Positions 20,567 to 27,240 of a stretch of 27,240 nucleotides of DNA are shown in pieces. The number at the start of each line of letters is the position of its first letter. Position 1 is the first letter of the stretch. The notes under the pieces were generated by a model, which saw nothing but the letters and a program-made list of their open reading frames with translations, did no database searches and was not told where the DNA came from. Source of the stretch: an uncultured archaeon (GTDB lineage Archaea; Thermoproteota; Bathyarchaeia; Bathyarchaeales; Bathycorpusculaceae); the NCBI GenBank assembly GCA_963782915.1, contig CAWALK010000017.1:1-27240 (forward strand), written 5' to 3'. Both the position numbers and the translations under genes were made by a program.

Positions 20567-21475
20567 TCAAACCATGGCTTTTCTTCCGCCACGGATGCTA
20601 AGTCGCCAAATGATAAGCGCTTCAACAAACAACACCACGCTTGCGACAACCCCAAAAGTGACGCCTATTGGAAAAACGTAACCCGAAACCTCTCCAATTG
20701 ACAGCGCAGCAGATAAAATCATGAATATGCCCCCAGCCCCGAAAAAGGCAAGGTACAGTTTTCTGTTTTTCTTTTTCTTTTTAAGCCAGCCCCCTAGAAA
20801 AATGAGCACGATACCTGTTAATAGGCTCATGGGCGGGATGATTTGGGTGGAAAGAAGGAGGTTTTTGCCAGCCATCGCAAAATCAGGGTTCACCAAAGCA
20901 TAAATAATAAACGCTGACAGTGAAGCCAGTGCCAACCATTTGTCCAGCATTTGTCCGTTTGCTGCGGGTCCATAGGTTTTACGCCAAGGAACAGGTTTTG
21001 TCTCCTTCAAATCTGGGTCAGAAAGCTTCGTGGCCTCTGGAGAATCTTCGTTGATGAAGCAGACGCGGTCAGGTGGCTTGGTATCTACTAACTCCAGTTT
21101 GCATCTGCCATCTTTCGAGTTTGCAATCACAGTGTAACGACCCCGTTTCACCAATCTAGAAAATGGGAAAAGCCACTCGACGCCCCTGTCTTTTTCTGTG
21201 GTGAAAGAATCCAAGAAACTGTGCAGGAAGGCTCCGAGTGCAAGCCAAACATTTACCAAAAACAGCCCCGACAGAAAAAGCAGATTATGGAAAAGCGCCC
21301 GATGATACTGTTCATCGCGGAAAGCCTTTGCACTTACGAATATGTATTCGCGGTCGAGGTCGGGGATGAAGCTGCCTATGCCTGCTAAAAGGGCGAAGTA
21401 AGGGTTACCGGTAAAGACTGCTGTGACTACGCCGGCAAAAAAGATGTGACTGCCTAAATTCAAAAAATTGACCAA
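20567..21475 (-). CDS. YdjM-like membrane-bound metal-dependent hydrolase
   Basis: SH, GSFIPDLD, HRALFHNL, LHSFLDSFT, GV.WLFPF. Confidence 0.85.
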   Translation of the reverse strand: MVNFLNLGSHIFFAGVVTAVFTGNPYFALLAGIGSFIPDLDREYIFVSAKAFRDEQYHRALFHNLLFLSGLFLVNVWLALGAFLHSFLDSFTTEKDRGVEWLFPFSRLVKRGRYTVIANSKDGRCKLELVDTKPPDRVCFINEDSPEATKLSDPDLKETKPVPWRKTYGPAANGQMLDKWLALASLSAFIIYALVNPDFAMAGKNLLLSTQIIPPMSLLTGIVLIFLGGWLKKKKKNRKLYLAFFGAGGIFMILSAALSIGEVSGYVFPIGVTFGVVASVVLFVEALIIWRLSIRGGRKAMV

Positions 21476-21567
21476 TTAAAAGATGGTTGACGCTAAATAA
21501 ATAGATTCACTAACCAGCAAACGGTAGAAGAGTTTCGACAGGAAAATCAGTTAAAAGTATGAACGAG

Positions 21568-21642
21568 TGGACCGGGCGGGATTTGAACCCGCGGCTTCCG
21601 CGTTGCGAACGCGGCGATCATACCAGACTGATCTACCGGCCC
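21568..21642 (-). tRNA. tRNA-Ala(CGC), intronless, CCA not encoded
   Basis: GGGCCGG/CCGGTCC-A acceptor stem with G3:U70; anticodon arm CCGCG-TTCGCAA-CGCGG; T arm GCGGG-TTCAAAT-CCCGC. Confidence 0.97.
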
Positions 21643-21823
21643 CTGATTTCTGTCAATCAAGACTTGAATTTGGCATTTAGAGCTTTCGGTATAAACAAAA
21701 GCTTGCCTGAACAAAATCCATTCATGTTCATAATTGGAGTAAATCTAAGATACATAATATGAATTCATAAGCCTATTATAAACAAAAAACCAACCTATCC
21801 TTCCTAATCGTTGAGGTTAAGTT

Positions 21824-23326
21824 ATGACTGCTAACGAAGCTTTAGAAAAACGGCTAAATGAAACTATTCAACAGAACGCTGAACTCGAAAAAGAAGTAAA
21901 AAAACTCCGCGAAATGAATGACGGCCTGGTAAAGACCCAGATAAAAATCTTGCAGAATGCATTGCGGGGTGATCAGGAGACTGTGCAAATCAACGAAGAA
22001 ACCATTAAAACCGGCAAGAAAATGGTGGAGTTGAATGGTCAAGTAGAGCAATCAGTAGGTGAAGTAGCAAAGCTTGCTATGGAAACAACCATGATAATCG
22101 CTAAAGTTACCGAAACCGCCAAAGCCGTAGGGCAAGTAGCCGGAGCAGTATTTGAACAAGCTGAGAAAGCTACAAAAGGAACAAGTCAAGTTCTCGAAAT
22201 GGGCAAACAAGTATCAAGTGTTTCAAACCAAATGGCCATTGGCATGCAACAAGTCAGCACAGCCTCACAGCAAGTCTCAACAGGCGCTCAAAAACTTGCA
22301 GAATTATCCCAGAGTGCAGCAAGAAGCACTGAAGCACTCAGAAAAGTGATGGATGAAGCAGGCGTAATCGCACAAAGCGCTTCAGAAACAACTGAAGAAG
22401 CCTTAAAGAAATCAAAGGAAGCAAACGAAAAAAGCCAAAAAGGCCTCCAAGCAATCGAAAACATCAAGTCAAACATAACCCAAGTCTCAAGTGCAGTAAC
22501 CTCTATGGTTAGCTCAATTGAGCAAGTGGGTGAAATGGCTAATTCTGTTTCCGATATCGCCGGTCAAACAAACATGTTAGCACTCAACGCCGCCATCGAA
22601 GCTGCCCGCGCTGGCGAAGCAGGACGCGGTTTTGCAGTAGTAGCAGACGCAGTCAAAGGTTTAGCTGGACAATCAAAACAAGCAGCCGGATCATCCATCA
22701 ACTTGGTTAAAAAAATCAAGGACGCAGGCAACCAAACCAGCAATATCTCCAATCAATCTCAAATTGGCGCACAAGAAGGTGCCTTAGTCGTTTTAGGCGC
22801 AATAAAAGAATCCGAGGGCATCGCCACAATTATGGAGACTATGACTGGGAAAGTAAACAGTCTCACAAACGGCGTCGAAAAGGGCCTTCAAGAAATAATT
22901 TCAGTAACAAGAACCATCGAAGAAGTCGCATCCATCGCAGAGGAAAGCTCATCCGCTTCGGAAGAAGCCTCTTCAGCAGTGGAAGAACAAACCGCATCTG
23001 CTCAACAAATGGCTGCCATAGCTAAAGACGTAACTTCAGTCGCTGAAAACGTTGAACGCTCAACAAAGCTTGTGGCCGAAAGCGCTGGGGAAGTAGCGAA
23101 ACTAGCTGATAGCGTTGGTAACGATGCCCAAGCGGTAGAGGAATCAGCGAATAAAATCTCATCCAACACTGAAGAAGTCGTTTTAACGTCTCGAACCGTT
23201 AGCGAAAGTGCCCTTGCTGTTGTTGCAGCCGCAGAGAAAACAAACGAACAGATAAAAAGACTCATTCAATCACGCACCAACATCCTCAACGCGATTAGCA
23301 AAAAATACAACGTAAAAATCGATTAG
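21824..23326 (+). CDS. Soluble methyl-accepting chemotaxis protein with no TM or sensor domain
   Basis: [30 protein letters not shown] signature; EE/EQ methylation-type pairs ([21 protein letters not shown]). Confidence 0.93.
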   Translation: MTANEALEKRLNETIQQNAELEKEVKKLREMNDGLVKTQIKILQNALRGDQETVQINEETIKTGKKMVELNGQVEQSVGEVAKLAMETTMIIAKVTETAKAVGQVAGAVFEQAEKATKGTSQVLEMGKQVSSVSNQMAIGMQQVSTASQQVSTGAQKLAELSQSAARSTEALRKVMDEAGVIAQSASETTEEALKKSKEANEKSQKGLQAIENIKSNITQVSSAVTSMVSSIEQVGEMANSVSDIAGQTNMLALNAAIEAARAGEAGRGFAVVADAVKGLAGQSKQAAGSSINLVKKIKDAGNQTSNISNQSQIGAQEGALVVLGAIKESEGIATIMETMTGKVNSLTNGVEKGLQEIISVTRTIEEVASIAEESSSASEEASSAVEEQTASAQQMAAIAKDVTSVAENVERSTKLVAESAGEVAKLADSVGNDAQAVEESANKISSNTEEVVLTSRTVSESALAVVAAAEKTNEQIKRLIQSRTNILNAISKKYNVKID

Positions 23327-23336
23327 GTGAAATATA

Positions 23337-23780
23337 TTGGCAAACTTGGCACATGGCGAATTACAAATAGTAAACTTCACAGTTGACAACGTAAACTACG
23401 GTGTCCCTGTGGATCAAGTGCGGGAAGTCCGAGACATGCAGTCAGTAACTCCTGTTCCGGGTGCTCCGGCATACGTTGAAGGCGTAACTAACCTCAGAGG
23501 CCAAATCATCACTGTCATTGATCTGCGAAGGCGTTTAGGCCTTGCAGAGGGCAGCGGCGCAGGCGAAAAAATAATGATCATTGACCTTGACAAATCCGCC
23601 GTTGGCGTAGTAGTCGATACGGTTACAGAGGTTACAACGATTAAGGAAACCGATATCCAACGCAACATGGAAATTACGTCGCAGCTTGGCGATTTCATTT
23701 TGGGCGTTGGAAAACAGGCGGATCATTTATCGTTGATTTTGGATATTTCCAAAATTGTTAGGAAAACAACCGCCAACTAA
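23337..23780 (+). CDS. cheW: Chemotaxis coupling protein CheW
   Basis: YGVPVDQVREV, TPVPGAPAYVEGVTNLRGQIITVIDL, GVVVD; SD-like AGGTGA upstream. Confidence 0.95.
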   Translation: MANLAHGELQIVNFTVDNVNYGVPVDQVREVRDMQSVTPVPGAPAYVEGVTNLRGQIITVIDLRRRLGLAEGSGAGEKIMIIDLDKSAVGVVVDTVTEVTTIKETDIQRNMEITSQLGDFILGVGKQADHLSLILDISKIVRKTTAN

Positions 23781-23859
23781 CAAACGGTTAGGCCCTAACT
23801 TTTCTTCTTTTTGATCTAATACCCAATTGCGGCTCCCTAAGAGGCGTCTTTCTTGGCTG

Positions 23860-23900
23860 CTATATATAAGGGGAGGGGGGTCTCTGCAGAGCAACAAACA
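23860..23900 (-). repeat. Dispersed motif A, copy 4
   Basis: The minus strand reads TGTTTGTTGCTCTGCAGAGACCCCCCTCCCCTTATATATAG. Confidence 0.75.
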
Positions 23901-23940
23901 CGCCACTTTGCTGCCTTAGCTGGACATTAGATACTTAGCA

Positions 23941-24222
23941 TCAAGTTTTTTTGGGTTTAGCTTTACCTTTCGGCACGTCTTCTTTTATGGGTTCATCCCA
24001 GTACTTGTCAAACTCTTCAGGCGACATCAAGTTTAGAGTCCGCATCTGCTGACTGAACATATCCAGTGCACAGGGATTGTTTAGGTGCGCACGATAAATC
24101 TCCATGAGCAAATCAACAGCCATAGAAGGAGAAACTGGCTTTTTAGCCATCAAAGTTAATTCGTCTGAAACTTTTGTGAGGTCTTCGTAGACGCGTAAGG
24201 GCAGATTGAGGGTTTTAGCCAT
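23941..24222 (-). CDS. Small hypothetical protein, N-terminus RHH/antitoxin-like
   Basis: MAKTLNLPLRVYEDL...SPSMAVDLL; GTGGTTGAT upstream of ATG 24222. Confidence 0.65.
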   Translation of the reverse strand: MAKTLNLPLRVYEDLTKVSDELTLMAKKPVSPSMAVDLLMEIYRAHLNNPCALDMFSQQMRTLNLMSPEEFDKYWDEPIKEDVPKGKAKPKKT

Positions 24223-24350
24223 ATCAACCACTCTTTGGCTATTTGCACTGCCGCCTCTTTAACTTTCGCCAACCATTTGTTTTAGAAAAGACAAATTAAC
24301 CAATTGCCCCTAAAAAGGTACAGAGAGCTCCCTGAACTGAAGGTTGCTGG

Positions 24351-25577
24351 TTGAAAAAACAAACACCAATTCTTTTGATTACCATAATTTTGGTAGCGGC
24401 GATTTCGGTTGCTGCCTTCGTAAACTATGGCATATTAACAAAAAGTGAACCGCCATCAGAGCCAGAGCCTTTCCATGTTGGGGTATCCTTCTGCGGAGAC
24501 ACCACTGCCCAAGCCAAACAACTCATCGACAGAGTCCAAAACTACACCAACCTCCTAATCATCCAGTCAGGGCCTGTAAGCAAAAACGAAACCAGCCTTA
24601 ACGAAATCGCAGACTACGCAACCGAAAAGGGCTTAGATATCATCCCCTTCTTTGGGATACTAAACGCATCTTGGCAACTGCCCTGGATAGAGCATGCAAC
24701 ACAAAAATATGGCAGCCAACTCTTGGGCATCTACTACTATGACGAATGCGGCGGCATGCAGCTTGACACCCAAGATTATGAGTGGGCACATTATTTCAGC
24801 GCAATTAAAGACCGCTTTGAGAGTTCTCCTCTCTATCAGGCGCATAAGCAGGCAATTGATGAATGCCTCAACGGAAACTTGACACGTGACTACAAATCCG
24901 CCGCAAAAGTATACGTTGACACGATTAAACATGACAGCGGCATCCGCCAACTGCAGAACAGCTCTGTCACTTCTTTTACTTCTGAGTATGCTCTTCATTG
25001 GTATACGTATCAGGGGGGTTGGGATGTTGTTTTGGCTCAGCTTGGCTGGAATAACACTGTGGAGCAAGACATTGCATTAGCCCGTGGAGCGGCAACAATG
25101 CAGAACAAAGAGTGGGGTACCATCATCACTTGGAAATACAGTGAACCGCCATACTTGGATTCGGCTTCGGAAGTGTATAGGCAACTGCGGATGTCATATC
25201 TTGCAGGCGCAGACTACATTGCCATATTCAATTACCCCCAAAACGACACCACAAACCCCTATGGAGTAATGACGACTGAACACTTCCAAGCCCTAGAAAT
25301 GTTCTGGAATGATATAAAAACACACAAAATCAACCACGGCTCATCCCCCGCCGAGGCAGCATTTGTTTTGCCCAAAGATTACGGCTGGGGCATGAGAAGC
25401 GCCACCGACAAAATCTGGTATTGGGGAGCCGATGAACTCTCAATGCAAATCTGGAATACGTCACGGCAACTGTTCGCACGTTATGGGCTGGGTTTGGATA
25501 TAATCTACGATGATCCAGCATATCCAATTCAAGCTAATTATTCACGGGTAATCTATTGGAATCAAACCCTAACTTAA
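24351..25577 (+). CDS. Membrane-anchored/secreted hypothetical protein, possibly a glycoside-hydrolase-like barrel
   Basis: N-terminal TM; [33 protein letters not shown], aromatic-rich composition. Confidence 0.75.
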   Translation: MKKQTPILLITIILVAAISVAAFVNYGILTKSEPPSEPEPFHVGVSFCGDTTAQAKQLIDRVQNYTNLLIIQSGPVSKNETSLNEIADYATEKGLDIIPFFGILNASWQLPWIEHATQKYGSQLLGIYYYDECGGMQLDTQDYEWAHYFSAIKDRFESSPLYQAHKQAIDECLNGNLTRDYKSAAKVYVDTIKHDSGIRQLQNSSVTSFTSEYALHWYTYQGGWDVVLAQLGWNNTVEQDIALARGAATMQNKEWGTIITWKYSEPPYLDSASEVYRQLRMSYLAGADYIAIFNYPQNDTTNPYGVMTTEHFQALEMFWNDIKTHKINHGSSPAEAAFVLPKDYGWGMRSATDKIWYWGADELSMQIWNTSRQLFARYGLGLDIIYDDPAYPIQANYSRVIYWNQTLT

Positions 25578-25620
25578 CAGTAGATCAAAAAACCGCGTTG
25601 TTCTGCTTCGGAATACTCCA

Positions 25621-25680
25621 CAACCAGTCTGCAACCGCCATTGAAGGTAAAAATCAAAAGCAACTACCAGCCAAACCAAC
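25621..25680 (-). repeat. Dispersed motif B, copy 3
   Basis: The minus strand reads GGTTTGGCTGGTAGTTGCTTTTGATTTTTACCTTCAATGGCGGTTGCAGACTGGTTG; 17/19 match to the core 19-mer. Confidence 0.7.
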
Positions 25681-25797
25681 TATATCAGATTTAAAAGCAA
25701 CTGCTAACAAAAACATCATAAAACCCAACAAACCCATAACCAACCAAACAGAAAGAGTGCATACATTAAAACCCAAGTATGCAGATAGACACTTGTG

Positions 25798-25840
25798 GAG
25801 CCTATAAAAAGGGAGGGGTAGGTCGATGAGAGCAAAAGAC
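25798..25840 (-). repeat. Dispersed motif A, copy 5
   Basis: The minus strand reads GTCTTTTGCTCTCATCGACCTACCCCTCCCTTTTTATAGGCTC. Confidence 0.75.
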
Positions 25841-25952
25841 TTCTCGTTAGTTCGCTTGCGGTTTATTGCATACCTACGCTGGTTGGTTGTTGTGAATAGG
25901 CTGTTTTCAGCAACAACAAACTGCAGAAAAACCAAACCCCTGATCTTTGATA

Positions 25953-26918
25953 TTAAATCGAGAGCATTTCAGCGACTTTTAGCAACCGCAAATCCAACGG
26001 TTTTTTCCCCGCCGCAGACTTCTCTAACTCAATGCTTGTAATTTCTCCATTCTGCAAACCAACCGCCCTGTTACCCTTCTCCTCACAGATTAAATCCACC
26101 GCTCTCTCCGCAAATAAACTTGCAAGCAATCGGCTGCGGGCTGTTGGGCTGCCTCCACGCTGAGAATAACCAATGATGGATAGGCGCACTTCTGATTCGG
26201 TTTGTTTTTGCATTTCCTGTGTGAGCTTGCTTGAGTCTCCGAAGCCTTCTGCTGCGACGATGATGCCTGCTCGTTTGCCCTTTTCGGAGTTGCGTTCCAT
26301 TATTTTTACTACATCGCAGGTGTCAAGCGGTTTTTCGGGAATCAAAATTACTTCGGCGCCAACACATATGCCAACTTCAAGGGCTAGGAAGCCGCGTTTG
26401 CGCCCCATGACTTCCACGATGAATATGCGTTCGTGGCTAATGGCGGTGTCGCGGATTTTGTCGATGGCGTTTACGGCTGTGTTGACTGCGGTGTCAAATC
26501 CTATGGTTTCGTCGGTTCCGTAGACGTCGTTGTCGATGGTGGCTGGGATGCCGACGACTTGGATGCCGCTTTTTTTGCTTAATTCGAGTGCGCCTCGGAA
26601 GGAGCCATCGCCGCCGATGACGACCAGTGCGTCTATGCAGTTTTGTTTGAGGGTTTGTGCTCCTGTTTCTATGCTGGCGGGTTGCTCGAATGCCGGGCAA
26701 CGAAGTGTATGGAGTACGGTGCCGCCGAGTTGTATGATGCCGCCGACGTTACGGGGCCCTAAACGTTTGAAAGTGTTAGTTAATAATCCATCCCAGCCCC
26801 GCTCAAAACCAATCACCTGCAAACCTTTGTAGTGGCCGACGCGGGTGACTGCTCGAATCGCCGCATTCATTCCCGGTGCGTCGCCGCCTGAAGTTACAAT
26901 ACCGATGGTTTTCGCCAT
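25953..26918 (-). CDS. pfkA: ATP-dependent 6-phosphofructokinase (PfkA family)
   Basis: TSGGDAPGMNAAIR, GGT.L, IGGDGS, PATIDND, IGFDTA, EVMGR, AEG, QRGGSP. Confidence 0.95.
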   Translation of the reverse strand: MAKTIGIVTSGGDAPGMNAAIRAVTRVGHYKGLQVIGFERGWDGLLTNTFKRLGPRNVGGIIQLGGTVLHTLRCPAFEQPASIETGAQTLKQNCIDALVVIGGDGSFRGALELSKKSGIQVVGIPATIDNDVYGTDETIGFDTAVNTAVNAIDKIRDTAISHERIFIVEVMGRKRGFLALEVGICVGAEVILIPEKPLDTCDVVKIMERNSEKGKRAGIIVAAEGFGDSSKLTQEMQKQTESEVRLSIIGYSQRGGSPTARSRLLASLFAERAVDLICEEKGNRAVGLQNGEITSIELEKSAAGKKPLDLRLLKVAEMLSI

Positions 26919-27046
26919 TTTTCCTGCGCCTCTTTCTAGCTAATTTCACGTTTGAACTGAGAATTAAAACGTTTAGTTATGACTCTTGAGGCAGGTTTGC
27001 GCCAAAACACATAAATGCTTTTTCTTAGTCTTTATGCGTTCTGTAT

Positions 27047-27201
27047 CGGGAGGTAGCTCAGCCTGGCAGAGCTCTCGAGCCCATTGGCTAACGCCATTGG
27101 ACGGAGAAGCTGTAGAGGTCTACCAACGGTGGGCTTCATTCTGGCCTGTCTAGGCCACAGATACCGAGCTGTCGCAGGTTCAAATCCTGCTCTCCCGACC
27201 A
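27047..27201 (+). tRNA. tRNA-Tyr(GUA) with two BHB introns (30/31: 27078-27108; 37/38: 27116-27162), CCA encoded
   Basis: Acceptor CGGGAGG/TCTCCCG-A-CCA (C1:G72, A73); D arm GCTC/GAGC; spliced anticodon arm CTCGG-CTGTAGA-CCGAG; T arm GCAGG-TTCAAAT-CCTGC. Confidence 0.9.
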
Positions 27202-27240
27202 TTTTCATTTTAGGGGTAATTGTTTTTTCTCTGTGTGTTG

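Noticed and set aside
20370-20570. 66-aa minus-strand ORF and overlapping plus-strand ORFs
   Set aside because: They coincide with non-coding motif B, whose other copies do not preserve the frame.
21568-21642. tRNA-Ala as an integration site for an island
   Set aside because: I saw no duplicated tRNA 3' end and no integrase in the window.
21559-21762. 67-aa ORF
   Set aside because: It overlaps tRNA-Ala on the opposite strand and has no protein motif.
23860-23900. Motif A as an origin recognition box with a G-string
   Set aside because: It lacks the TCCA..GAAAC core, the copies are dispersed rather than clustered, and no cdc6/orc1 is nearby.
25556-25935. Short ORFs between the secreted protein and pfkA (similarly 3183..3564)
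   Set aside because: They are explained by strand-skewed low-complexity spacer DNA of the A/B element and have no coding motifs.
27131-27140. CT-TCA or CAT as an alternative anticodon (Sec/opal suppressor or Met)
   Set aside because: It lies inside intron 2. The BHB helix ACAG pairs with CUGU, and C1:G72/A73 indicates Tyr.

Overview
Gene-dense archaeal chromosomal segment. The gene complement (archaeal IleS and Trm1, THEP1 NTPase, BHB-intron tRNA, HTH_45, PQQ-propeller and PT-repeat surface proteins) suggests Bathyarchaeia or a related TACK lineage; this is inference only. It carries ileS, trm1, proC, pfkA, a HAD phosphatase, a radical SAM/SPASM enzyme, OsmC, a DCD-domain protein, an OYE flavin oxidoreductase, DUF72, a flippase-like protein, a sensorless very long MCP with cheW, tRNA-Ala(CGC) and a tRNA-Tyr(GUA) with two BHB introns. 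About 15 frameshifts, four of them in the essential ileS, most likely reflect unpolished long-read errors. Two small genes absent from the ORF track were found: a YHS protein and a CxH..CxxC protein. The most unusual signal is a dispersed, oriented intergenic element family at gene 3' ends. Motif A (TTGTTGCTCT-N6..9-C-run-TATA-like) has 5-6 copies. Motif B (ending GGCGGTTGCAGGTTGGTTG) has 3-4 copies. The two motifs are twice joined by a GT-rich spacer.
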